From contig NC_042999.1 of the NCBI RefSeq assembly GCF_006345805.1, forward strand, positions 12,896,001 to 12,960,000: a stretch of 64,000 bases of DNA. The letters are read 5' to 3'. Positions 37,538 to 50,354 of this stretch are shown here, piece after piece. The position numbers were made by a program, and so were the translations under genes. This DNA is from Octopus sinensis (lineage: Eukaryota). The notes under the pieces are model-generated. The model searched no databases, was not told the DNA's origin, and saw only the letters and a program-made list of their open reading frames with translations. The stretch's first letter is position 1, and every line of letters begins with the position of its first letter.

Positions 37538-37827
37538 TACTTAAATATTCATCATCTGAAAATCCACAGTCTTTGCTTTCTTTCTGTTTGCATGTATACA
37601 CGTTTGTATATATATTTTGTATATCAAACCCAAGCTTTATGTATAATTTATTAATCCACATAATTGCCTCCGTATCTGCTCACCTGGATTCCTTTTATGA
37701 TCATTCTTTATTCCATGGAAGTGGTCCCTTGTAAAGACTCCAGAGTCTAACTTTGAATCATTTGTGTGGTACTAAGTGTTTTCTATAACGAAAATCTCTG
37801 GATCTCATCTGGTGGCTAAATACAAGC

Positions 37828-38805
37828 ACAGTTAACACTAAGAATGTACAGAAAATAGACTCCATCAAATGCCAGTGAGGAAAACATAGAAGTAGTTGAT
37901 AGCTTCCATTACCTAGGTGACCAAAGCAGTAGCAGAAGTGGATGCTACTAGAATAAGAATAGGTTGGGCAAAGTTCAGAGAGCTCCTACCTGTGTTGGTA
38001 ACAAAGGTCTCTTCCTCAGAGTGAAAGGCAAATTGTAGGATGCCTGTGTGCAAACAGTCATGACACACAGCAGTGAAACATGGGCCTTGACTGCCGAGGA
38101 CATGCGTAGGCTTGAAAGAAATAAAACCAGTATGCTTCACTGGATGTTCAATGTCAGTGTAGTCATGTCAGTGTCTTGAGAGAAAAGTTGGGCATAAGAG
38201 GCATCAAATGTGGTGTGGAAGAGAGATGGCTGCACTGGTATGGTCACGTGATATGTATGGATAAGAACAGCTGTATGATGAAGTGCTGATCTCTAATAGC
38301 GAAGGGAACCTGTGGAAGTGGTAGACCCAGGAAATCATGGGATGAGGTAGTGAAGCATGTCTTCAAAAGTTGGGCCTCACAGAAGCAATGTCTAGTGACC
38401 GAGACCTTTGGCAATATGCCATGCTTGAGAAGACACATCAAGCCAAGTGAGATTGTAGTTGTGGCTGATGCTAGTGTCACATAGCTAGCATCTGTGCTGG
38501 TGGCATGCAAAATACACCCTACAAATGTTGGGTGATATGCTGTGCATATGAAGACCCATGAAGCCAAGTGAAATCATAGTTGTGGCCAATCTCAGTGTTG
38601 TGTAACTGGCATGTAAAAAGCACCTTTTGAACGTTGGGCCTCATGGAGGCAGTGACAAGTGACCGAGACCTTTGGTGGTATACCATGCTTGAGAAGACTT
38701 GTCCATCCAAGTGAAACTGTAGTCATGGCCGATGCTGGTGTTACAGAACTGGCATGTAAAAAGTACCCACTACACTCTTAGAGTGGTTGGTGTTAGCAAG
38801 GGCAT
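37828..38805 (+). mobile_element. 5'-truncated degenerate RTE LINE with reiterated 3' end
   Basis: VVDSFHYLG, WAKFRELLP and WYGHV remnants; the ORF-end unit occurs three times. Confidence 0.8.
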
Positions 38806-38807
38806 CG

Positions 38808-40189
38808 AATAATGCAGTGAATGGAACTCATCTTTGTGCCTTCTGTTTGTTGATTTTGAAGAAGCTTTCGATAGCTTTCACTGAGATACACTTTGAAAGA
38901 TTCTGAGACACTATGGTTTCCCATCAAATTAGTCAACATGGCACCTGTGCAGGTGGCACGTAAAAAGCACCCACTACACTAACGGAGTGGTTGGCGTTAG
39001 GAAGGGCATCCAGCTGTAGAAACACTGCCAGATCAGACTGGAGCCTGGTGCAGCCTTCTGGCTTCCCAGATCCCCGGTCGAACCGTCCAACTCATGCTAG
39101 CATGGAGAACGGACGTTAAACGATGATGATGATGATGACTCATTTATTGTATGAAAACTTTGAATGTCAAGTTATACACTACAACAAACTAACAGATATA
39201 TTCAAAATCAAAACCAGAGTCAAACAAGGATGCACATTATCACTAATCTTATTTTCATTGGCAGTGAATTGGTTTAATGCAAAGAATGGTAGAAGAATAT
39301 AAACAAGGTATAGAATGAAACACAACACAAGTAGAAGATTTAGATTATGGAGATGACATTTGGTTGTTCTCATACAAGCCTCAAGTAGAAGATTTAGATT
39401 ATGGAGATGACATTTGGTTGTTCTCATACAAGCCTCAAAATTTACAAGACAAATCTAAAAGACTTTGTCAAATAGCCAAAAGCATAGGTCTCAAAATCAG
39501 AGAGAAGAAAATGTACTCTCTTTGTAAAAATATAACAGATGCTGACCATGTGACTTTGAACAAGAAACCAATCACAAATGTTGATGAATTTAACTATCTA
39601 GGCACCAAAATAACAATGGATGGAGACTGCCTTCATGAAATAAATACAAGAATCCAAAGCCAACCAATCATTTGGTATTTTAAACTCAAAATAGAAATCA
39701 TCAATACTCAGCAAGAGCACCAAAATACGATTTTACAAAAGTAACATACTTCACATCCTCCTCTATGGATGTGGATGCTGGAAAACAATGAAAAGTATTG
39801 AAAAGAAATTGGAAGTGTTTCAAAATAGATGTTTACAAAAAATGTTGACGGTCTACTGGCCGAATATGATCTTGAATGGCCAACTACACACCAAGGCTAA
39901 TGTGAAACCAATAAGAAAAAATATTGAAGCAAGATGGAAATAGCTGGGTTGAGTTTGTCGCTATAAACCAAACTCAATTGTCAGGATCGCTTTGCAATGG
40001 GTTCCACAGGGCAAAAGAAGATGGTAGCTGACGAAAGGAAACGTGGTGGAGAGCAATAACAAAAGATCTTCAAAGCAGATGGTTAACAATGAAACAAGCT
40101 GTCAAGGATGCTTTCAGTGTTAGAAAGTGGAATGATCTTGCTGTCACCTCAAGTGCCATAAGGCACAACGAGAACCAAATGAATGAATG
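38808..40189 (+). mobile_element. Degenerate RTE-clade LINE of another family, (AATG)n tail, interrupted by a young RTE tail at 38940-39138
   Basis: DFE(E)AFDS, LRHYGFP, GVKQGC, DLDYGDDI, VDEFNYLG and KLEVFQNRCL remnants. Confidence 0.8.
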
Positions 40190-40277
40190 ACACACACGCA
40201 CATACCAATTATTTATATTAGTATTAAGTTCAATGAAACTATCAGGATTTTTTGGAATAATAAATAAATATACATAC

Positions 40278-40403
40278 CTGAAGAATAAAAGAGGACTTGA
40301 TGTTCAAGTAAGATACTGCGGAATATCCTCAAAATATTTCGAGAATCCAATAATTGAAAGATTTCCCAGAGAGAAAAGTCAAATAATGGTAATTCATTCA
40401 TGC
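40278..40403 (-). CDS. DENND5: DENND5 internal coding exon (DENN), 126 nt, phase 1 to 1
   Basis: (G)MNELPLFDFSLWEIFQLLDSRNILRIFRSILLEHQVLFYSS resembles DENND5 NELPLFDFPVKEVFELLG...LLEFQILLYS. Acceptor ttgtttcag|GC, donor TCAG|gtatgt; frame continuous with neighbouring exons. Confidence 0.95.
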
Positions 40404-40752
40404 CTGAAACAATGGAAGAGTCACAGTATTAAGATCTTCAACATCAATTTGTAAAACACGGTCATAAAAAGAAAATCCCATGCAACCCATGCCAGCATGG
40501 AAAAGTAGACATAAAACAATAATAAACACACATGCACATTTTGATTAACAAACAAGGAAATAGTACTCAATATAATAGAGTTTATTTATTCATTCAAAGG
40601 GAAGCCACAGTTTCAAATAAACGAGTGTGTATGTATACACATATACATGTGTATACATATATATATGTATACATATATATATGGATGTGGTGCTGATGAA
40701 ACAGTAATAATTCTTGAAATATGCATATACACTCATTACCTACTTTTTCATA

Positions 40753-41135
40753 GGTGCAGGAGTAGGTGTGTGATAAGTTTTCTTCCCCACCACATGGTTC
40801 TCAGTTCAGTCCTACTGTATAACACCTTGGGCAAATGTCTTCTACTATAACTTTGGGTTAACCAAAGCATTGTGAACAGATTTGGTATATGGAAACTGAA
40901 AGAAGCCTGTCATGTGTGTGTGTTTCTGTTTCTGTCCCCCACCACTGCTAGACAACTTGTGCTGGTATATTTACATCTCTGTAACCTAGTAATTTGACAA
41001 AAGAAACTGATAGAATATGTAGTAGGCTTTAAAAAATATAAGTACTGGTGTCGATTGACCCAACTAAGATTCCTCAAGGCAGTGCACCAGCATGGCCATA
41101 GTCTAATGATTGAAACAAGTAAAAGATGAAAAATA
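40753..41135 (+). mobile_element. tRNA-derived SINE (family of 8950-9356)
   Basis: Head ...cacatggttctcagttcagtcc...ttgggcaa..., tail ggcagtgcaccagcatggcc...gaaacaagtaaaaga. Confidence 0.75.
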
Positions 41136-41140
41136 AAAGT

Positions 41141-41172
<32 letters not shown>

Positions 41173-41262
41173 CACATACAAGCATACATTACACGCATAT
41201 ATACATATATGTGTGTGTATATGTATGCACACGTGAAACAAAAGCAATATCTAATAACTTAC

Positions 41263-41797
41263 CAGGTCTTTGACAAAAGATTGGTAATGAGGTGCCAAAA
41301 AATTTCATACTCCGGCCAGGTGGTGGTAATGGTACTTCATACAGAACATTATAGACATAACATTCCAGAGGTAGTTTCCTTTCCTTTTGGTTACTCACAG
41401 CATCATGTAGTTGTTTGAGAAATTGGCGGGTGGCTGAGACAAATGGAAGCTGTGATATTAATGCAATTCCTTTAGTGACATAAAGTTTGTCATTGTTTAT
41501 ATCATAGATGGTGTGTGGTCGAGGCCGAGACTTTCGCATTGTCATGGGACTTTGATCAAAAGCAGATTCCAGTTCAGGATAAAGTGTACGTGACTGGTCG
41601 TTACTCAACTCGGCATGATGCATTGCCTGCAATGTTTGCATTGCAGCACATATCTGTTCATTCTCAACCTCTTCGTAAAACACATACACAGCTCCATATG
41701 TTCGTGAACCATCCTCTTTAGTGATCATAAAAGAATGAAAGTGAGGAGATTTCAGTTGACTTTGAGTCCGGAATGATAAACCCTTGGGAAGGCAAAG
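41263..41797 (-). CDS. DENND5: DENN domain-containing protein 5 (Rab6IP1 orthologue), internal coding exon (uDENN into DENN), 535 nt, phase 0 to 1
   Basis: Translation LCLPKGLSFRTQSQLKSPHFHSFMITKEDGSRTYG...YNVLYEVPLPPPGRSMKF...CQRP matches the remembered DENND5A/B sequence (LCMPKGL...FIITREDGSRT...LYEVPLPPPGRSLKF...CQRP). Acceptor tttctttcag|CTT and donor CCTG|gtaagt. Confidence 0.96.
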
Positions 41798-43967
41798 CTG
41801 AAAGAAATGAAATATCTTATAAGCAGAGCTAAAAAAAAACACAAATTCACAAAAATGCCATCAAATCATCATCATTAAACACCCATTGTCCATGCATGGT
41901 GTGACCAAAGCTGGCAAACTGGAAAGCTGCACCAGACTCCAGTTTGATTTAACATGGTTTCTATGGCTGGATGCCCTTCTTAACACCAACCACTTTATAG
42001 CATGTACTGGGTGTTTTATGTGACATTGCACAGATGCTTTTAAGTTATGTTGCATGGATGCTTTTACATGGAGTCACATGGGTGCTTTTACCTGGCACTG
42101 TATGGGTGCTGTTACATGGCACCACCACAAGCGCTTTTTATGTTGCACTGGCACAGGACTCTTGCAGGTACCAAAGTAAATTATAATTACAAGAACAAAA
42201 ACCAATTATATCATTTTAAGAAAATGTTTATAACATGTATAGAGAGAAGAAGAGAGAGATAAGTGAAAGAATGGAAGAATGGTTAAGAAACTTGCTTCCC
42301 AACCACTCAGTTCCAGGTTCAGTCCCAATGTGTTGTACCTTGGGCAAGTGTCTTCAACTAAAGCCCCAGTCCTTGTGAGTGGATTTAGTCAACAGAACCT
42401 GAAAGAAACTTTGTGTGTGTGAGTGTGAGAGCGAGAGAGAGAGAGTTGGTGTCTCCTTGTGTCACTGTCATACAACATGTATCTTTTGTTTCCAACCTTC
42501 CATGAAGCTATGTCCAGCCATGTGGAAATATAACCTTACTTGGATACAGGTGAGGGTTAGTGACAGAAACGGTATCTAGCCACAGAAAGTCTGCCTCAAA
42601 CTTCATCTAAAGAGTGGATATTAAAATAATGATGTTGAAGGCTTGTTTCAAATCAATTTCCTTTTGAAGAAAGAGCAATAAACATCAAGATTACTTTATT
42701 CTTAAATCTCATTTATTAATTAACGTCCTCGTTATCAGATTTCTATTGAAATACTCTACCTCTGTCTCACTGTTTAAAATAATGAAGAATTTACTAAAAT
42801 AACATTGTCAGTATTAAGCCGGAACATGAGAAATTTTGATTGAACATTTGTATTTAGGTCACTTTAAAAACAAGAAATTTGTATCTTAGAACCAGGGGAG
42901 ATCTTGAGTAGGGAGATATTTAAAACATAAATTTATCAATTATTTATGCTTAGGAAACATTAAACAGGAGAAAGAAAAAAATTTTTTATATTTTCTTCAA
43001 TTTTAGGTGGAATAACTAAAAAGTTTAGTTGCAGACCAGAAAAAAATAAGGTTGATACAAATATATTTTGTGTGTGTGTATATATATAACCATGTATAAT
43101 TTTCTTACCTTTTTTCAAAGCTAGAAGCAAAAACTAAAATCTTTTATATCATTCATATTATTATTTTTGCAAATCACAAATAAGCTTTTCTTTGTATTTT
43201 ATGCATCATCATCTAATATGTTGGCAAACTCCATATTAATGTTCATACAAAAAATGTAGATATTTACTATTAAAATTTGAAATATGCTAAGATTCAACTG
43301 GGAATTTCACAAGCTGGCAAATGAAAACTGCATTGAAATATTTTAGATTTTTATCATCACTTAATGCAAAAAAAGAGTGCAGAATTTGAAATAGAAAATT
43401 TTTATTAAGAGATGAAGCTAATTAATATTAAGAATGTGGCTATGGCAGTGAGCAGGCAGAATCATTAGCATGCAATAGAAAATACTTAGTGACATTCAGG
43501 GTCGATAAAATAAGTAACAGTTGACCATTGGGGTCGGTGTAATTGACTTCCTCCCTTGAAATTAATGTATCTGATGGAAAATACCTCAGGGAAGAGTGTT
43601 TGGCATACTAAATATACATGTAGTTAGGTCTCACTTACATACTTTAGGGAGTTGAGCAACTCAGCTGAGATGAGCCAAGAGACTATCTCAGCACAAGTAC
43701 AAAAATCCCTCTAGAGAGTGTTTAAAGACTTAAAAAAAAAAAAAAAGCAAGCAGATACTCTAATACGATCAGTCACTAGAAATTTCTGGGCAATAATCCA
43801 AAGTACACATTTACATACATATACTTACAGGATTTACCCTTAATTCTTTATTTGAAAAGGAAATATTCCTTCTATCACATCACCAAATAGTCTGCTATCT
43901 TCCAAGTCACTAAGAAACAAGGTCATTGCAAATAAAATAGACACAAGAGTGCCATGTACACATCAGT

Positions 43968-44250
43968 AAAGGGTAAAGACCCCGTTCAGTCATGAATGAC
44001 CATGGGATTGCATCTAGAAAGTTACCCTCCGAGGCACGAGTCCAAGTAAGGTTGTTTATAGAAGACCTGCAGTCGCCCATGCATACCAGCCTCCCCTCCC
44101 CATGCCACCAATGTTATCCAAGGGAAAGGCAAAGGGGCCGATACAGCTTGGCACCACTGACATTGCAACTCATTTCTACAGATGAGTGAACTGGAGCAAT
44201 GTGAACTAAAGTGTCTTGCTCAAGAAAACAACACACATCCCAGTTGGGGA
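43968..44250 (-). mobile_element. SINE of a further family
   Basis: Minus strand ...ttgagcaagacacttta...gctccagttcactca...ggtgccaagctgtatcggcccc...; CpG-richer than its surroundings. Confidence 0.6.
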
Positions 44251-45099
44251 ACGAAAAAAATAAAAACCACTAACCAACTCATGCTAGCATGGAAAGCAGA
44301 CGTTAAACGATGATGATGATGATTCTCAATAAGGTTATTTCCAGAGTTCTTTCTAATGTTAATAATCTGAAAATAATCTAGTTAGACACACTACTGTAAT
44401 ACAAATCATTTCATAACATGTGTTACTCCTTTTATGTATTTTAGTAATCATTCCCCACTTATTTCTTTTCCTTCAGCAAAAATGTAATTTTTGCTTTGTT
44501 GGTATCCTATTCACATCACACCCACCAGATTTCTAGTTACAAGATTATATCATATGTGAAAGATACTGCTCATATTAATTTAATCTTTTCATCACAATTT
44601 CCATTGAATTAGCATTTTGAACCTTCTTTCCTGGATTAAACCAGAAAAGAGGCAGCATCCTGAATTTGCAAACTGGTGAGACTTGTCTAATATGTTTACA
44701 TTCTGCTTGCAGGGATAGAATTCCAGGGTGTGGTCTTAGTGCATGAGTCAAAAGGTTGACACAAACAGGAGAGATGGGTGTACTGTCAAATGGGCCTGGA
44801 ATGGGTTCGTACACAAGATACAGCATTCTTCAATTTCTACCACTGAATTCTTTCTCAACATGAAGGAAACAGAATATTCTAATTATATTATTTTATCAAA
44901 ACCTAATATCCTAAGTCTAGACTTCTATGCTCTCAAATCATTACTTTTATCTCTTTTCAACAGAAAGCATTTTAAGGTTATAAATCTTCCAAATTCCTTA
45001 ACTCTTCGGCATTTAAACCAGCCATAACTGGACTGAATATTCTACCCTTTTTATGTTCAAACTGACACTTCTCACACCTACCCTACAATATCATTTTAA

Positions 45100-45312
45100 C
45101 CCTTTAGTGTTCTGATTATTGTATCAAACATAATGCTTACTGATTCACATTGATTTGAATTAATCATGCATTATCTCATATCTTCAAGATCTTGATGGTG
45201 TAATTACCTAATGTAGAATAACATTGTAGGGTAGGTGTGAGAGCCTGGATCTGGTCAGTATGAACATAAAATAGATTAAATATTTTGGCCGGATATACTA
45301 AATACTAAAGGG
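45100..45312. mobile_element. TTAA-flanked MITE, family A (piggyBac-like), both ends intact
   Basis: TTAA|CCCTTTAG...CTAAAGGG|TTAA (TTAA at 45096-45099 and 45313-45316). Confidence 0.8.
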
Positions 45313-47313
45313 TTAAGGACAAACAGTGACATCCTCCAAATCTCTATGAAATACTGCAGGATTAATTCAAAACAATGTGAATATATAAACATTACATTTG
45401 ACAGAGTAATCTAAATGCTAAAGGGTTTTTAGATTTCCCCTGATTGCTGTGTTCTCCCATTGCCTTAATTTCCTCTTCCACTAACTTTAATCATGTCTTC
45501 TGAATCTTCCTCTACTTCCTTCTACGTTCATATCCCAAACTCCTTTCATCCAGTTACCTTCATCCGGTTTCAAGCACATGAACCAGTGATTTCATCACAT
45601 TTCTCTTCATATCATTCATCACTAGCTCGACTTCTACTACATAAGCTTGGAAATTTGACAGAAGTTAAAGTTGAAAGTTTTGCTGTTAGAATGGTGTGTG
45701 TAGGAAGATTCTTGTTAAGTCATCATGTACATTATCTGTATTAGGTCTGTGAGCAGTGGGCTGGTTTAATGCAGTGGTTTGAATCTGTGATATGATTTAG
45801 AAAGAGGGATGGATGGATTAATAATGTCAAGGATTAGCCTTCCAAGAATTTTTGAGGATGTGTATAGGAGAATGATGGATATGAATAATATTACTTCACT
45901 TTAGAATTGTTATAATTTTGTTCAGTTCCCAGTGTATGGAAATTCAACAGTAGTATTGGTATTAGCTGTAGATGTTGGTGATTGAAGTGTTCCCTCAGGC
46001 CTTAGGTGTTGGTGATTCTATTTGGCACCAAGTCCTTTGAATTTTTATATATCCCAGACGATTCTGAGATATTTCTAGGTTCTTATTTTTCACTTTGTTC
46101 CCTTGTTTTCTTTGTACAGTTTCCAATAGTTGATTTTAGAAAAATATCTCATAGAGCATTTGTTTGATGTTGCTGTATGAAGATGGTGCTACTACTACTA
46201 CTACTACTACTACTGTTAATTAGCCTATGAATTGTGTTGTACCCTATTTGTGTCAGATTTCTGGGTGGTTGGAGTGTGTGTTTATTTTTGTTGTTTCTTC
46301 CTTTAGTTGGCTAATGCTGAATTATATTTCAGCTGTGTGTTATTTTGGTGCATAGAGTTTTGAGATCATCTCTGGTTTTTACAAGATTGGTTATTTCTAG
46401 TACATGATTGTTTCTTCTTATATTTTTACATTACCTTATGGTTTTTGTCTTTTTGCACAGCAATATTTATGTCAGTAATTGCAGGAGTGTCAAATTCTGG
46501 AAACCTCAACATCACTACATGAGGAACTTGTTTTAGTGCTTTATTTTCTTCTGTAGTTTGTGAGGAAAGAGTCACAGTTATATAGCCAAATTGTCTGAGA
46601 CGATGGGAAAAAATGCTCAGACTGTTAACTCCATCTTTTTCCTCTTTGGTTTGTTTGTTTGTTGGTTTTTGCACCAAATATTTGGAACAGTTTTAGTCTG
46701 TCCATTGTCAGGGATTCATTTATCATGTATCTGTATAACATTCAAAAGTCTGATCCCAGCCCTAAAATATGCACAAACTTATATGGCACCAGAGGCTAAA
46801 CAAAGCACAACATTGTGGTTACAGGAAAAAAAATACATCTCTATCTTTTACTGATTTCAGTCACTGGACTGTGGCCACATTGGGACATTGACTTGAATGG
46901 TTTAGGCAAACAGATTGACCCCACTGCTAACATATTACGTCTGGTATATACCCTGTTTCTTTTGCTGAACTGTTATGTTACAGGGACATAAACAAACCAA
47001 CACTAGTCAAGCAATGGTAAGAGAGCAACAACACACACACAATGGACTTCCACAGTTTCTGTCAACCAAATTCACTCACAAGGCATTGGTGCCATGCAAT
47101 GAGAATGAGCCCAAAAGCATGTAGTTGCAAAGCAAACTTCTTAGCCACGCAGCCATGCCTACAACTATCACCTATGTACATAAGTATATGTATGTACACA
47201 CACACACAACAAAAAAGATAAAGTTAACAACACAAAATAAATTTTTCCATCAATATTAGAATTACATTGCAGACATTGAGAGCAGAAATTACATTAAATT
47301 CAAAGTAGTGTCA

Positions 47314-47730
47314 CATCATCATCATTTAACAAGTGCTTTCCATGCTGGCATGGGTTGGATGGTTTGACTGAGGACTGGCAAGCCAGGAGGCTGCACCAGG
47401 CTCCAATCAGATCTGGCAAAGTTTCTACTGCTCGATGCCCTTCCTAACACCAACCACTCTGAGAGTGTAGTGGGTGCTCTTTACATACCACTGACACAGG
47501 GGCTAGTCAGGTGGCACTGGCATCAACCTTGCTTGAATAGTGCTCTTTATGTGCCACCAGCATGGGAACCAGACAAGCAGCACCGGCACTGACCCTGCTT
47601 GAATGGTGCTTTTTATGTGTCACCGGCAGAGGTGCCAGTCAGACGGCACTGACATCGGCCACAACTACAATTTCGCTTGACTCAACAAGCCTTCTCAAGC
47701 ACAGCATATTGCCTGACGATTGAAGGCTAC
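47314..47730 (-). mobile_element. RTE 3' UTR/tail copy with four tandem modules
   Basis: catcatcatcattt...ggtgc..tttatgtg repeated modules. Confidence 0.8.
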
Positions 47731-50297
47731 TTTTATTATAATGTCACATTTACTATAATGATGAATAAAATTATTTATAGAGAGAGAATAACATTGTTCT
47801 CCTCTTGAATAGTTGTTTCAATAGGAAAGTAAAAGAGATAATCATTGGGAATGCTTATCTTGAATTGAGGCCATTATGAATCTATTTCCTATTGTTCTGA
47901 CAATACTCTCAATTATAAAACCATTAAAACAACAATTGATATAAAACTGGCACAGAAAGAATATTACACAGGGAATTCAAAGAGAGATGCTAAATACAAT
48001 AACTAATACATTTTATATTGCAAAGTTTGTTATAAAAGATGCTCTGCACTCACAGAAAAGTTCCTTCTGGACGGAATATATAAACACAAGAGGAAGAAAT
48101 GAAAATAATCAAGATTCTTTGGAACAAATGGAACTACCTTATTAGGGTAGATCTTTTTTTTCTAAACAGTATTTTATATGTTAATTTGTTTCTTAAATAG
48201 GATTTAATAAATTATATTTCAAGGAACCCTTGTACTTTTTGCTGCTTTTTAAAGAATTCCTCCAAAACTAAAGGTAATAAAAATCAAACCAGAAATTCTA
48301 TCAAGACATCAAATTCTGAGACGTATACTTCTCTTCCTTTATGAAAAGATACTTAAAAGACTAATTCATATTACTCTTTTCCTCTACTGAATTCCACCTC
48401 ACACCTGTTTGTGTGTGTCTGTCACACTCTGACACAAGATCACCTCCTCCAATGACCCCCTCCCTTCACAAAGATTCTTTGCCATTGTTGGTGTCACATA
48501 AAAAGTATTCAGTCAACACTGTAAAGTGCTTGGCATTTGGATGGGCATCCATCTGTAAAAACCATGCTAAAACTGACCTCACCTGCGCTGGTGCTACACA
48601 AAAAGCACTCAGTCCACTCTACGAGGTGGTTGATGTTAAGAAAGGCAACCGCAAAAACTGTGCCAAAACTAACACAATAGTCTGGTATAGTCTTTTGCCT
48701 GGCCAACTCCTGTCAAACAGTCCAACCCATGCCAGCATGGGAGGCAGACGTTTTATGATAATGATGATATTTTCTGAATTCTAAGCTAATCATTTTACTT
48801 CTCTACAATAAATATTAGATGACTTTGACATGCAAACACACACACACACACACACACACAAAATCAAACATTACTCCAATCACAAGTGACACCTGTAAAA
48901 GTATTATACCATTTCCTGCAAGCTACTTACCAAATGAACATTTTTGAAATCCAGGAATCAATGCACTGACAAGTCAGCTGTAATGTAAAACTCCAAATAA
49001 TTTCCCTTTCCAAACAGAAACCCACAAGCATCTGTCTTGCTGTTCACCCTTCACACACACACTACAGCAGGTTAACACTGATCATATCATAATCACATTA
49101 TCTTATAACACAATAAATACATCTATACTTCACATACACTAGTCTCCAACAAAACAGCTTAATCTTACCACTTTACTTCACATAAGCAGAACTAAATAAC
49201 ACTATATCTAAAATCAAATTCTTGGTATTACATAAGTAATATTTAGACACAAGCCAGAGAGTAATCTTATCACATACATGAACAAAACAACTTCAAACAT
49301 ACACTGGAATAATAATTTAACCAAAATAATTTTTTTTTAAATATGGTATCAATTTAGAAGAAAAAAACTAAGTCAATCATCACAAAGCTAGTTTTACTTA
49401 GGTTCCTAATCCCCATCACAAATGATAGATTTGTCAAAACAAAGCTCTTTATATCATAACCTCATGATTTTTGTACTACAAACCCAAAAACTTGATTTCA
49501 AAGACCAAGAGGTGACATTTCACATCCATACGACTTTATGATTAAGAACTAGGATGAGATAAATATAGATTTGGTGGAGATGTAATTGTTCAGATGAATG
49601 CTTCCTATATTCTCCTGGTTATTTAATGTCAACTTTTCCGGGCATGCATGGCTTAGACAGAACTGAAGTTCATTTTCTACAGCCAGATACTCATCCTGTT
49701 GCCAACCTGTCTTCAAGAAAAGTAATGTTTCCTCATGGCCAAACAGGCTTTTCATGGAAGACTGAAAATAAATGTTGCTTGTATAACAGTGATGCTCATT
49801 TACAATCATCACACGATGTCAAGACAAGGGTGCATGCAAACACACAGAAAAATTTTAGTCTCCATTTACCAAATTCACTCACAAGGCTGCACAGTGGGAC
49901 TGAACCTGAGATCACATCATTAGGGAGTAAGTTTCTCAATCACTGAAGTTCTACACATTCCTAAGATCTGTGTACTACTGATGGCAAAGTATCATTAACC
50001 CTAAACCCCTATACTGGGATACAAACCATCAATGACAACTACAGAGAAATAACAGCAACTGTACTACTGTGGTTCAGTCCATTTTGCCTGCCTCCTTCAC
50101 TGCAGCTGACACCAGAATCTACAGACATACACAAAACAGAATGAACTTTATAAAACATGTCTAGACTGCAAAGTCTACACCATGTATAACTAACGAATGA
50201 ATATTGCATTATGCAGTATGGTCAACAGCTAGGTATATATATATATATACCTTCAACAATAGATTTATGGGTCTCACCTCGACTACCTGTCAATTGC

Positions 50298-50354
<57 letters not shown>

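Larger units (their letters stand above)
34223..37592. repeat. Second long fold-back element with ~500-600 bp of paired arm sequence and a ~550-bp C/T-rich spacer, broken by four insertions
   Basis: Paired blocks: 35111-35430 with 35985-36340; 34630-34725 with 36335-36400; 34223-34278 with 37538-37592. Confidence 0.8.

Noticed and set aside
44575-45027. Higher-complexity island with overlapping ORFs and an in-frame TGA (possible exon or selenoprotein)
   Set aside because: No DENND5 or other recognisable similarity, no convincing pair of splice sites, and no SECIS element seen.
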